Positions 1 through 9,300 of a stretch of DNA of 32,313 nucleotides are shown piece by piece (the first letter of the stretch is position 1; every line of letters starts with the position of its first letter). Made by a program: the position numbers and the translations under genes. The stretch covers positions 1-32,313 of the forward strand of contig RFII01000102.1 in the NCBI GenBank assembly GCA_003695265.1, given 5' to 3'. The notes beneath the pieces are model-generated. The model was not told where the DNA came from. It saw only the letters and a list, made by a program, of their open reading frames with translations, and did no database searches. The DNA comes from Candidatus Woesearchaeota archaeon. Lineage in GTDB: Archaea; Nanobdellota; Nanobdellia; Woesearchaeales; J072.

Positions 1-49
1 ATATGAATATGTGAAAACTATTATAAAAAAGTAATGTTTTTAGGGAATT

Positions 50-67
50 CAAAGGGGCATCCCTTTG
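50..67. repeat. Perfect short hairpin CAAAGGG-GCAT-CCCTTTG downstream of the tRNA gene
   Basis: 7-bp perfect inverted repeat with a 4-nt loop in otherwise AT-rich intergenic DNA, about 30 nt past the tRNA 3' end; function unknown. Confidence 0.4.
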
Positions 68-99
68 TTAAAAATTAAATTGTTATTAAAAAAAGAATA

Positions 100-185
100 C
101 GCCTCGGGAGAGACTCGAACTCTCGACCTCGCGGTTTCTTCCAAAGAGGTAACAGCCGCGCGCTCCACCACTAAGCTACCGAGGC
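100..185 (-). tRNA. tRNA-Asn(GTT) with a 14-nt intron at the canonical 37/38 position (intron 136-149)
   Basis: Reverse complement reads GCCTCGG-TA-GCTTAGTGGTGGAGC-G-CGCGG-CT-GTT-A-[CCTCTTTGGAAGAA]-A-CCGCG-AGGTC-GAGAG-TTCGAGT-CTCTC-CCGAGGC-G; acceptor, D, anticodon and T arms all pair; CCA is not encoded. Confidence 0.95.
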
Positions 186-297
186 ATTCCGTAATGCTTC
201 ACCCTCTGAGGATTAATATTTAATTTAAATAACTTTCGAAAGAAATGTTTTAAATTTCAATAATTGCTTCCGCGTAAGAAGATGTAATGATATGAAT

Positions 298-1725
298 TCA
301 AACAACTTCTCCGACAACACTCCTTAGCATGTGGCTTTTTATTTTTACGTTAAAAAATGATTTTAGAGGAAGCCTTTTTTTAATACCAACAATTATTGGG
401 TATGTGCCAAGCTGCCTTCCAAAAGTTGTTTTCCCGTCATAAACCTCAGTCCTGACTTCTTTTAGGATTGTTCCTTCAGGGATTATTTTTCTCAGCATTG
501 GCCAGTCTATTTTCTGCCTTATCTCATTGCGCCACTTCCAGTAATATTTCCTGTTTTTCTTTAAGTACTTATTACCAGCTGTTCTTTGCAGGTCAGTTCC
601 CGGGTAAATGTTGACTTGCCTGATGTTTATTCTTCTTAGCAGAAGATTTTCTTTGTAAATCTTGTTCAGCCAGCGCATGTTCTCATTATGGGTTTCTTTT
701 GATTCTTCTTTTAGCCCGAATAATATGTTTATTCCAGGCAGGAATTTAGGCATTCCGTTACTTCCTATTTTTCTTCCATGCTTGTTTATTATGCGGATTG
801 CCTTCATGGTCTGCTCTGGCGTCGTGTTCAGGTTGTTTGCCTCAATCACTTTTGTGTCAAAGCTTTCAACGCCGAAAGCCGCAACATTGCCTGGCGTGCA
901 ATACTTAACAATAAGCTCTGTTTTCTCATCAGTAACAGAATTAGGGTTTACATTGTCAATATGAAGGACTTTTATTTCAGGGCATTCCTGCCATATCACC
1001 TTAAGCAACTCTTCAAGCCAAGGATATGAATAAAAGCAGCTTTGCTTGCCCAGCCTGAAATGCCTGCATCCTAAATTGTAGAGCTCCTTAATCTCATTTA
1101 TTATAAAATCCGGTTTTCTGAACCTGACGTATTTGTGCTTTACCGGTTCCAGGCAAAAAGAGCATTTTCCTGGGCAGCCGCGGCTTGTTTCAATCTCAAT
1201 AATCCTAAGATCGTTAATCTGCTTTATAACAGAAGCGCCTTCCCTTGCCTTAAGGTCATTAAAGTCAAAGTTATAATCTCTCATTTCATCAAACTCATTT
1301 TCATTAACCCTTTCAAAGAATTTTCCACCCTCAAGCTGGGTTCCAGAAACAGCAGGCCCGGTCAGAACCTTTTTACATTTAAAGCCTCTTGTGAGATTAA
1401 TAACCTCTCTCAGAGTTCCTGGAATTGCAGACAAATATTTTCCAGGAGTGTGAACACCCAGTATTATTATGAGCTCAGAAATGCTTTCAAGAATTTTTTG
1501 CACGTCCTGAGAATTTTTTGTGGTGTTATAAACAGAAATATCGGTTTTCTGGGATGGTTTGCTTGACTGTTTTTTCTTTTTTTTCCACGACCTCAAATCA
1601 TCTATTGTCAAGTAATAAGCCGGCTTTATACGACCGTAAATGTACCTTGGGTAAACGCCCAAATAAGGGGGAACTCCTAGGCCTGACGGCTCGTCAGTGT
1701 AGCAGTCAAGGATTGCGCGCTTCAT
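298..1725 (-). CDS. Radical SAM (Fe-S) protein with a C-terminal TRAM-like region, resembling the COG1031 family
   Basis: CxxxCxxC motif in IETSRGCPGKCSFC; N-terminal DCYTDEPSGLGVPPY and FGRQLGTYP motifs recalled from this uncharacterised archaeal family. Confidence 0.85.
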   Translation of the reverse strand: MKRAILDCYTDEPSGLGVPPYLGVYPRYIYGRIKPAYYLTIDDLRSWKKKKKQSSKPSQKTDISVYNTTKNSQDVQKILESISELIIILGVHTPGKYLSAIPGTLREVINLTRGFKCKKVLTGPAVSGTQLEGGKFFERVNENEFDEMRDYNFDFNDLKAREGASVIKQINDLRIIEIETSRGCPGKCSFCLEPVKHKYVRFRKPDFIINEIKELYNLGCRHFRLGKQSCFYSYPWLEELLKVIWQECPEIKVLHIDNVNPNSVTDEKTELIVKYCTPGNVAAFGVESFDTKVIEANNLNTTPEQTMKAIRIINKHGRKIGSNGMPKFLPGINILFGLKEESKETHNENMRWLNKIYKENLLLRRINIRQVNIYPGTDLQRTAGNKYLKKNRKYYWKWRNEIRQKIDWPMLRKIIPEGTILKEVRTEVYDGKTTFGRQLGTYPIIVGIKKRLPLKSFFNVKIKSHMLRSVVGEVV

Positions 1726-1841
1726 AAAAAAAAAGAATTTTCTAGGAGTATAAAAACCTTGGCAAACATTTCAAGAAAGTATGAATAAAATTTTAACTAA
1801 TAAAAGCAACTTTTTTAAAGTTAAGATTTATTCTCTTTTTT

Positions 1842-2777
1842 ATGAGAGCATACACTTTGAGAGACGAGAAAATCATTCGTGTTGGAATCAAGAACATTCC
1901 TAAGAAAGGTCTTGTTTGGATAAGATGCACCAGGCTTGATGAGGAATCTGTCTCAAAGCTTTCTGAACTTTCAAAAATACCGTTAGCCGAGCTTAAAGAG
2001 ACATTTGAGGAGGATGAGAGGCCAAAGCTAAGCGTCAAGAAATATCTGGAACTGATTTATCACGTGCCACACAAGGATAACGGCGAATTAATGACAGCCC
2101 CATTATATTTTTACCTGTCTGAGAATTTGATAATAACAGTTGAGAAAGAGAAAAGCCAGATTCTTAACAATCTTGAGGAATCAATGAAGAAAAACAGGCT
2201 CAAGTTCCTTTTCAAGAAGCCGTGCGGCTACTTTCTTTATTATATTATCGACAAGATAAACGATGAGTTCCTTATTAATATTGACAGAACAACGGAAAAT
2301 CTTGACATATTCAAAAGAAGCTCTGAACACACACAGGTAAATTTTAAGCAATTGTATGAATTAAGCGTTACATCAGCGTTCTTTAACAGAGCGCTAATAG
2401 CAAACATAGAGGTTTTAAACAGCCTGCGAAAAACGTATTTCAAGCATCTCACAAGCTCTGACCGCGAGCTTTATTCAGAACTTTATTTTGATGCGTTGCA
2501 AATACTTGACACAGAGAAGATTCAGCGAGAGATGATATCAAATATTTTCAATCTCGAATCCATTATGAGCCAGAACAGGCTTAACCTTCTAATAAAGCGC
2601 CTTACCTCAATAGCCCTTATAATAATGATCCCTACTTTGATAACAGGAATATACGGAATGAATGTGAGAAACATGCCTCTTGCCGATTCTGAAGCAGGAT
2701 TTTTCATGATTATGAGCTTTATGTTTTTGATTACTGTATTTCTTGCAGTTTTGTTTAAGGTTCTTGATTGGATATAA
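1842..2777 (+). CDS. corA: CorA-family Mg2+/Co2+ transporter
   Basis: Large soluble N-terminal domain followed by two C-terminal TM helices with the signature PTLITGIYGMNV...MP. Confidence 0.93.
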   Translation: MRAYTLRDEKIIRVGIKNIPKKGLVWIRCTRLDEESVSKLSELSKIPLAELKETFEEDERPKLSVKKYLELIYHVPHKDNGELMTAPLYFYLSENLIITVEKEKSQILNNLEESMKKNRLKFLFKKPCGYFLYYIIDKINDEFLINIDRTTENLDIFKRSSEHTQVNFKQLYELSVTSAFFNRALIANIEVLNSLRKTYFKHLTSSDRELYSELYFDALQILDTEKIQREMISNIFNLESIMSQNRLNLLIKRLTSIALIIMIPTLITGIYGMNVRNMPLADSEAGFFMIMSFMFLITVFLAVLFKVLDWI

Positions 2778-2871
2778 AGCAAAAGAGAACGCTTTTTAGT
2801 AAGTAAGAAAGTTGAGGAATTGTTTAAAATCAAAAGATTAATAAAAATCAAGAAGAATAGTTTTTAATTGT

Positions 2872-3327
2872 ATGGTTGCAGAACAGAACATATTCAGCAC
2901 AGGGTTATTTTGGGCAGTTTTCATATCATTTGCACTGGCAGAAACAATAAAGTTTGTGACAAAGTCAATTAAGGAAGGGAAAATAAGCATACATAACATT
3001 TTCGGGCTGGGTGGAATGCCAAGCTCGCACTCAGCCTCAGTAACGAGCGTGGTCACTTACATTTTTTTGCTTCAGGGGTTCAGCACTCTCTTCGCTGTTG
3101 CCTTTGTTTTTGCTGTCATAACAATAAATGATGCCATGGGCGTACGGTTAGTCACAGGAATCCAAAACAGAATACTTAAGAGAATCGTGCCAGAGAAAAA
3201 CCGGAGCAAAAGAACATCAAGAAAACTTGACTCATTGGTCGGCCACACACCAGTAGAGGTTTTTGTAGGCCTTGCAATAGGAATGCTGGTATCATTAGTC
3301 GTGTATTACTTCTTTTTTATTTTTTGA
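2872..3327 (+). CDS. Divergent PAP2 / DUF212 family membrane protein (acid phosphatase/haloperoxidase-related)
   Basis: GGMPSSHSA, DAMGVR and GHTPVEVFVG motifs; three hydrophobic segments. Confidence 0.88.
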   Translation: MVAEQNIFSTGLFWAVFISFALAETIKFVTKSIKEGKISIHNIFGLGGMPSSHSASVTSVVTYIFLLQGFSTLFAVAFVFAVITINDAMGVRLVTGIQNRILKRIVPEKNRSKRTSRKLDSLVGHTPVEVFVGLAIGMLVSLVVYYFFFIF

Positions 3328-3814
3328 CTAAGAGAATTATTATTATAATAAGGATAAGACCCATATTGGCGTAAAACCACTTGTCCTTGTGAAACCTTTT
3401 TGTAGGCCTCCACGCTCCTATGCCAAAGAGACGTGACTTAATATGAAAGCGTGGCCAAAACCATTTTATGCCTGTCTGGTCAAAGGAATCAATAAGCAGA
3501 TGAACTATTATCCCAACAAACATTGAGACTGCCTTGAGCTTGTCAAGAGTTGCAAAATAAGCTATAAGCGAGAATATTATCGCACCCCAAAGCGAATGAA
3601 ACCGCGAGCGGTCATAATAAAGAAGCCTTTTAAGCCAGTATATCCTCTTTTCTTCTTTCTTCCAATGCCTTCTAATACTTGTGTAAATAAAACCTAATGA
3701 ATGGTCAATGTCAATTATGACAGCACCCACTATAAAGAAAGTGAACACAAGCTTGTTCTCAAAAAAAAGCAGGTAAGACAAAACGCCAACCAAAAAATGA
3801 CCTAAAACATCCAT
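3317..3814 (-). CDS. Membrane-bound metal-dependent hydrolase (YdjM/DUF457-like)
   Basis: N-terminal His, IDIDH, FHSLW and HLLIDSF...G...FWP motifs with TM segments; ATG at 3814 preferred over the longer ORF start. Confidence 0.8.
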   Translation of the reverse strand: MDVLGHFLVGVLSYLLFFENKLVFTFFIVGAVIIDIDHSLGFIYTSIRRHWKKEEKRIYWLKRLLYYDRSRFHSLWGAIIFSLIAYFATLDKLKAVSMFVGIIVHLLIDSFDQTGIKWFWPRFHIKSRLFGIGAWRPTKRFHKDKWFYANMGLILIIIIILLVKK

Positions 3815-3898
3815 TATGAGACACAATAATCAAAGGAAGATATATAAATTTAATTGTTAGCTACTCATTATTTTTTTAGGATGTTTATATTATTAAAA

Positions 3899-6670
3899 CT
3901 AAGTTCTGCATCTACCAGCGCTACAATAATTGTATGCGTATTGAGTACAATTATACTGGAAAGAGCTTGAAGCATTGCCAGAGCATGTTTTCTCTATCAA
4001 AATATCAGAATTAAGGCACTCATCAAAAACAATGGTGTTATTTGTGTTGTTCAAAGTGCCGACACAACCACGGTTTGTTGGGTTTGAGTCGTCACTATCT
4101 TGGCAAAAATCAGGGGGGAAAGAGCCGCAGTCAGCAGCGCAATAACATGGAACAACGCCAGGATTGTTTAAGCAGTCAGGATCAGAAGGGTATTTTGATT
4201 CGCTCACGTCACAAACGCCATCACCGCAGTAAGCGCAGCACTTTGAATTCTGCTGGAAAGTGCAGTCAGGGTCAACAGAACAGTAAGGATCAGCCTCGCA
4301 TGCGTTGTTACAATAAAGGTCTTGGTCACAGTCAAGATCACAAGGAGGATTACCTTTCATCACCAAGGGGTTTCCACCCCCACATAGTAAAGAAGCCTGG
4401 CCAACATTGCCATTATCATACTGCATAAATTTAACATTGCACATCACAGCATTGCCAGTAGCACCATTCTTTGTGTCAACAACAGGCTTCATTACAAAAG
4501 GACTTCCACCACCAAAAAAAGCGCCTTCATTAACAGTGCTGTGCCAACCGCCATTAGAAGAGCCCCACTGCGCAGCCCACGGCTCAGGCCTATTGTCAAA
4601 ATAAGTTTCTAAAGACTCGCAAGAACTTCCCAAATCAACATAACAACCCTCACCTTTCTCTAAAACCAAATCGTAATCGTACAGATTACAAAGGCCGTAC
4701 AATTCACTGCAGTTAGCACAATCATTGGGACAATTTTGGGAGTTTTCCCCGCTGAATCCGTGGCAAATCCCATCACCGCAAGATGTAGGATCGCGAATAG
4801 TGGTTAAAGGGTCTCCCAAGAGGTTAAGGCCGAACCAAACCCATCTCATCCTGGCATGCCAATAAGGATTGATATGATTCTCCTTAGAAGAGACAAAAGC
4901 GCTGCCCAGGGTAAAATTCCTATCACTAAAAATTGCTTTAAAAAACGCCTCATCAAACCTCCAAGATGTGCTGCCGACAACACCAGAAGAATACCAACCT
5001 AATGCAGTGTTACCTATATAAGCAAAAGGACCATTAATATCAGTAACCATCTTCTCAGCAAAAGAATCTTCATAAGAGAAATCAGCAGTGTTGCAAGCCC
5101 AGCTGTAAACAAAGAAATAATCTGTATTAGTCAAACTGCTAATATCACCAATAGTGAAATGATCCCACCCACCAATATCTCCATGGCTCGCCTCATTAAC
5201 AATGTAAACGCCATTGTTTAAAGCATTAACTAAATCAGTCGTTCCATAATCAAGACCTTCATAAGGGCATTCATAAAGCCTTTCAACATCATAACCATCA
5301 ATGTAAGTAGAAATTAGCTCCTTACCCCAGTCAGCACAAGAGCATTCCAAACCACCCAAATCAGATCCGACAATCAACGCTTTCTTAAGGTAAGGGTCAG
5401 TATCAGGCCTAGACTCATAATTTATAATTTTATCAAGCCAGTTCTGTGCCTCATTAAGATTGCTCACAGGAACTCTTCCAATAATAACCTCACTGTAAAA
5501 GTCTGCTTCTTCACCAGCGCTCCCTCCTGCTTGTGCTGCACCGTTATAATCAGATGGGTCAGCCTCGCCATAAATGCCATCATTGTCATTATCCCATGTG
5601 CCGTCCAATCCGGAAAAGTACAGGTCAGAAGGAGCAGTATAAGTGTAACCATTCTCAGTAAAAAACCACAAATTCCTATAAGGAATCTTGTCTGTGTCTC
5701 CTGCCAACAAAACATAATCAACGCCTGAAAGGTACTGGTTAAGAATAAAGTTTCTCAGTTCCACAGCATCATCTACATCAGGATCAGTAAGTATGTCCTC
5801 AATATTAACAACACCTCTTGCATCATATCCCTGAAGATGCCTATAAACATAAAGATTATTAAAAATGAAACTGTAATCGGAAGATGCAATTATTAAATAA
5901 CCTATGTTAGAAGGGTTCTGCGCCATTATTGCATGGCCTGTAATCCTAGCAAAATCAGTGTAAGCCTTAACATCATTCTTGTTCTCAACAAATTTCTCAA
6001 CCAACTTTTTGTCCCTGTCAAGACCTCTGAAAGTCCTGGGAAGCTTCTTGCCTGGAGCATCCCTGAACTTAACATTAACTTTTAGATTAGGATAATAAAC
6101 AAGCTTTCCAGAAAGAGGATAATACCTCACAGGAAAGACGCTAATAGGTATTATTTCATAACCACGCCACACGCCTGATGGGTGTACTTTATAAAATTCC
6201 TTAGGAAAAGGATTGTTAGACATATAAATATTGGTATTTTTTACACTTGGCTTGGCCTCAACAAAATGATTGAACTCCTCCTCGCCAAACACAACGTCAA
6301 AACCAGAACCTAGCTCAACAGGCTCGCCGGGCACAACCTCAATATGATCAAAAACCTTACCAGCAGGAACAACAAATCGCAAATTCTTTACAGGCAGCAA
6401 AGGCTCGCCGGGCCTTCCAGCATTACTCAAGCCAGGAACCTGAACTATTTTATTGTTTTTTTTCTTCTTTTCTTCTATTCTCACAACAGGCTTAGCAAAA
6501 GACAGCTCAGAACTCACCTCATACAGAGGAGCCCTAACCACAGGCTGAGATGTAACAGGCTGGCGTGGTTGAATTTTATGAAAAACTGCTTTCACACCAG
6601 CTCGCTCACCATTCTCAACACAAGCGCTGAGAAAGATTAAGGTTATCAAAACAGCAAGCAAAAACCTCAT
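3899..6670 (-). CDS. Secreted gingipain-like cysteine peptidase (family C25) with propeptide and Cys-rich C-terminal repeats
   Basis: Signal peptide ending LSAC; propeptide-like GRPGEPLLPV and PVRYYP; YVLLAGD, SDLYF, GRVPV; catalytic-dyad motifs ASHG and SWAC; LLGDP at the domain end; CGDGxC repeats. Confidence 0.9.
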   Translation of the reverse strand: MRFLLAVLITLIFLSACVENGERAGVKAVFHKIQPRQPVTSQPVVRAPLYEVSSELSFAKPVVRIEEKKKKNNKIVQVPGLSNAGRPGEPLLPVKNLRFVVPAGKVFDHIEVVPGEPVELGSGFDVVFGEEEFNHFVEAKPSVKNTNIYMSNNPFPKEFYKVHPSGVWRGYEIIPISVFPVRYYPLSGKLVYYPNLKVNVKFRDAPGKKLPRTFRGLDRDKKLVEKFVENKNDVKAYTDFARITGHAIMAQNPSNIGYLIIASSDYSFIFNNLYVYRHLQGYDARGVVNIEDILTDPDVDDAVELRNFILNQYLSGVDYVLLAGDTDKIPYRNLWFFTENGYTYTAPSDLYFSGLDGTWDNDNDGIYGEADPSDYNGAAQAGGSAGEEADFYSEVIIGRVPVSNLNEAQNWLDKIINYESRPDTDPYLKKALIVGSDLGGLECSCADWGKELISTYIDGYDVERLYECPYEGLDYGTTDLVNALNNGVYIVNEASHGDIGGWDHFTIGDISSLTNTDYFFVYSWACNTADFSYEDSFAEKMVTDINGPFAYIGNTALGWYSSGVVGSTSWRFDEAFFKAIFSDRNFTLGSAFVSSKENHINPYWHARMRWVWFGLNLLGDPLTTIRDPTSCGDGICHGFSGENSQNCPNDCANCSELYGLCNLYDYDLVLEKGEGCYVDLGSSCESLETYFDNRPEPWAAQWGSSNGGWHSTVNEGAFFGGGSPFVMKPVVDTKNGATGNAVMCNVKFMQYDNGNVGQASLLCGGGNPLVMKGNPPCDLDCDQDLYCNNACEADPYCSVDPDCTFQQNSKCCAYCGDGVCDVSESKYPSDPDCLNNPGVVPCYCAADCGSFPPDFCQDSDDSNPTNRGCVGTLNNTNNTIVFDECLNSDILIEKTCSGNASSSFQYNCTQYAYNYCSAGRCRT

Positions 6671-6788
6671 TTTACACAATTATTTGATAGATTAATATAA
6701 ATAATTTACTGAAACCCAACAAAAAGCAATACTTAATATGAAATAATAAGTTAATCAGCAACGCTTAAATAAATCAATTAACATTGTT

Positions 6789-7349
6789 ATGGTTATGAAC
6801 AATTTATTGGAATTGGTGCTTAAATCAGCTTACTTTATTGCGCCCGCGGCTCTTGCAAACATAGCTCCAGTGTTCTCCCATAAGATTCTTAAAGGGAAAG
6901 CTGTTCCAGTAGATCTTGGGAAAAAATTTGGCAGAAAGCCTTTGTTCGGAAGCCATAAGACTTACAAAGGGTTTTTTGCAGGAGTAATAACAGCAATCAT
7001 TGTTGTTTTTTTGCAGAAGGAAATTTATTTTGTTGATGGATTCAAAGAGTTCAGCTTGATTGATTATTCTAGTATTAATCCGTTTTTTCTTGGCTTTCTG
7101 TTCGGATTCGGCGCAATGTTTGGAGACTTGGCTGAAAGCTTTGTGAAAAGGAGGGTAGGAAAAAAACCAGGAGAGGCATTTGTGCCTTGGGACCAATTAG
7201 ATTTTATTATAGGCGCTTTGGTGTTAACAAGCTTTGTTTACGTGCCGCCATGGCAGGTTATATTAGCTGCTCTTATTATAACATTAATATTTCACATTCT
7301 TCTTTCATTAGCTGCTTATTATTTGGGATTGAAAAAAGACAAGTTATAA
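6789..7349 (+). CDS. carS: CDP-archaeol synthase (DUF46)
   Basis: ANIAPV, PVDLG, LFGSHKTYKG, GDLAESFVKRR and DQLDF motifs; multi-pass membrane protein. Confidence 0.88.
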   Translation: MVMNNLLELVLKSAYFIAPAALANIAPVFSHKILKGKAVPVDLGKKFGRKPLFGSHKTYKGFFAGVITAIIVVFLQKEIYFVDGFKEFSLIDYSSINPFFLGFLFGFGAMFGDLAESFVKRRVGKKPGEAFVPWDQLDFIIGALVLTSFVYVPPWQVILAALIITLIFHILLSLAAYYLGLKKDKL

Positions 7350-7775
7350 GAACAGGAATAAAAAATATCCTAAGGCTATAAAGCCGAGGATTGTTAATAT
7401 AGCCTTGTTGGCAATTTCTCTTGGCTTCTTCCTTATTAAAAGCAGCGTTCCCGCAGGAATGCCGTAAATGAATATTAAAGTGGGGAGCAGATAATTCTCG
7501 CTTCTGTAAAAAGAGAAGAGAACTGCGAGGAACAGGTAAGCAAACAGCTCGTCAAATTTTAAGCGGAACAAAACTATGAAGAGAAGAATGCCTAAGATGA
7601 CAGACCAGTAAGTTGCTCCAAGAAACACAACCAGGATTAATGAGAAGAAAAGGTTTTTGAGAATGTAAAAGTATTTTTTTCCGGTCTTATGCTCGTCTCT
7701 TGTCAGCATTCCTATTATTATTCCAGCGACTAAGCCCAAAGATGCAAAAACCAATGTCAAAAGATAAGAGAGCAT
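7344..7775 (-). CDS. Hypothetical integral membrane protein
   Basis: 143-aa ORF, almost entirely hydrophobic segments; TATA-like sequence upstream. Confidence 0.7.
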   Translation of the reverse strand: MLSYLLTLVFASLGLVAGIIIGMLTRDEHKTGKKYFYILKNLFFSLILVVFLGATYWSVILGILLFIVLFRLKFDELFAYLFLAVLFSFYRSENYLLPTLIFIYGIPAGTLLLIRKKPREIANKAILTILGFIALGYFLFLFL

Positions 7776-7839
7776 TTGATGATTAAATTCAAAAAAGTAT
7801 TTATACTTTGCTAAAATACCCTCAAAGAGGTGGTGGTTT

Positions 7840-8547
7840 ATGAGAGCCTTGTATTTAGATGACAGCTATCTGAAAGAGTTTGAGTCTGTTGTGAAAGAAG
7901 TGAATCAGGACAAGTTCGTTGTTTTAGAGAACACTGCTTTTTACCCTAATGGTGGAGGGCAGCCTTATGACACTGGAAAAATTATTTCAGAGAATGGAAA
8001 AGAGTACAAAGTCGTTTTTGTGGGCAAGTTTTCTGGCCAGATAAGCCATGAGGTTGACAAGCCAGGATTAAAAGTTGGGGACAGGATAAAAGGAATAATT
8101 GACTGGGAGAGGAGGTACAGGCTTATGAGAATGCACACTGCCTCCCACATAATAGCCAACGTTTTCCATAATGATGCCGGCGCAAAAATAACAGGGAATC
8201 AGCTCGGCATTGAAAAAAGCAGGGTTGATTTCAGCCTAGAAAGATTTGACCGCGAACTCATTAATAATTATATAAAAAAGGCAAATGAGATTATTAAGAG
8301 AAACTTGGAAGTGAGCGTGGAGTTTGTGCCGCGCGAAGAAGCAGAAAAGGATCCTAGCCTTTTCAAGCTTGCAATGAGTTTTCCGCACGACTTTAAAGAG
8401 CTGCGAATAGTGTCTATTGGCGATGTTGACAGGCAGTGCGACGGTGGCACCCACGTAAAGAACACTAGCGAAATAGGAACTGTTGAGCTTGTTAAGCTTG
8501 AGAATAAGGGAAAGAACAACAGGAGGGTTTATTTCACTCTTTCTTAA
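7840..8547 (+). CDS. alaXM: Alanyl-tRNA editing protein AlaX (AlaX-M size class)
   Basis: LYLDDSYLKEF, TAFYPNGGGQPYDTG, MRMHTASH and DGGTHV motifs; GAGGTGG ribosome-binding site upstream. Confidence 0.93.
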   Translation: MRALYLDDSYLKEFESVVKEVNQDKFVVLENTAFYPNGGGQPYDTGKIISENGKEYKVVFVGKFSGQISHEVDKPGLKVGDRIKGIIDWERRYRLMRMHTASHIIANVFHNDAGAKITGNQLGIEKSRVDFSLERFDRELINNYIKKANEIIKRNLEVSVEFVPREEAEKDPSLFKLAMSFPHDFKELRIVSIGDVDRQCDGGTHVKNTSEIGTVELVKLENKGKNNRRVYFTLS

Positions 8548-8602
8548 GAACGCAAAGTATATAAATAAGCTGTTGGCCGCCACAGCACCTAAGGTGATTA
8601 AC

Positions 8603-9232
8603 ATGGTATTTAGAGATGGTTTATTAGATGTAGTGGAAAAAGAAGAGGAAGTTAGGAGAGGGCAGGTTGTTGCTGCTAGGATTTTGGAGCAAAGAAGAGT
8701 AAACTCAAACCAGTACGGCGAGAGATTATCAGGAATGATGTATTTGTCATATTCTAATGGGAAACTTATTTCTGTGTTCAGCCCTTATTTGATAGAATAT
8801 AAGAAAGGAGAAAGTTTGCCTGTGGCAATAGTTGGTGATGAGCCTGGGTTTGCCAGCCTTGCAGGGTTGTTTGTTGGCCTGCTGCCAGAAATGGTTGTTC
8901 CTGACCTAAGGCCTGTTAATTATGGAAGCGGGAACAGGCAGTTTGCGTTCACATCAGGAAGCTTTCAAATCCCATTCTTCGGCGGCTATTCAAAAAGACA
9001 GTTTTCAGGTTATAATTTTGAGAGGGAACCTGATAATAACTGTATTTATCAAGGCATTGTAATGTCAACAGGAGTGAATGATGGCTCTCGCGCTTATTTT
9101 GGTAGAATTCACACAAACCTAAGCAAGCAACCAAATGCCAGAAACTTGGAAGCCAATAATGCACATGAGATCGCTGATTTTCTCCAAAGAGGATTCGACT
9201 TTGAGTGGAGAGACAGGGTAAGCTTCAGATAG
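8603..9232 (+). CDS. Hypothetical protein (209 aa)
   Basis: Long ORF; AAGGTGAT Shine-Dalgarno before ATG 8603 removes the overlap with alaX; no family recognised. Confidence 0.65.
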   Translation: MVFRDGLLDVVEKEEEVRRGQVVAARILEQRRVNSNQYGERLSGMMYLSYSNGKLISVFSPYLIEYKKGESLPVAIVGDEPGFASLAGLFVGLLPEMVVPDLRPVNYGSGNRQFAFTSGSFQIPFFGGYSKRQFSGYNFEREPDNNCIYQGIVMSTGVNDGSRAYFGRIHTNLSKQPNARNLEANNAHEIADFLQRGFDFEWRDRVSFR

Positions 9233-9269
9233 GCCTTTTCTTTTTCCAACATTTTTAGAAAAGAAAACG

Positions 9270-9277
9270 TTTAAATA
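9270..9277 (+). promoter_or_regulatory. Archaeal TATA box with an upstream purine-rich BRE-like sequence
   Basis: AAAAGAAAACG-TTTAAATA, ending 23 nt before ATG 9301, consistent with a leaderless transcript. Confidence 0.55.
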
Positions 9278-9300
9278 GAGAACACTTTATAATATTTAGG

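Noticed and set aside
100..185. tRNA as an integration site for a provirus or island
   Set aside because: No integrase and no duplicated tRNA 3' end seen in the window; the tRNA 3' side points out of the window, so this cannot be assessed further
662..1727. Several plus-strand ORFs opposite the radical SAM gene, and similar antisense ORFs across the window
   Set aside because: They are shadows of well-supported genes on the other strand and have no motifs or start signals
8425..8460. AlaX zinc motif reads QCDGGTH rather than CGGTH
   Set aside because: As I recall, DGGTH variants are common among AlaX-M proteins, so this is not evidence of novelty
8483..8602. N-terminal extension of the 249-aa ORF overlapping alaX, and similar extensions for ORFs ending at 18089, 19355 and 28515
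   Set aside because: Downstream ATGs with better ribosome-binding sites or TATA spacing explain these genes without the extensions
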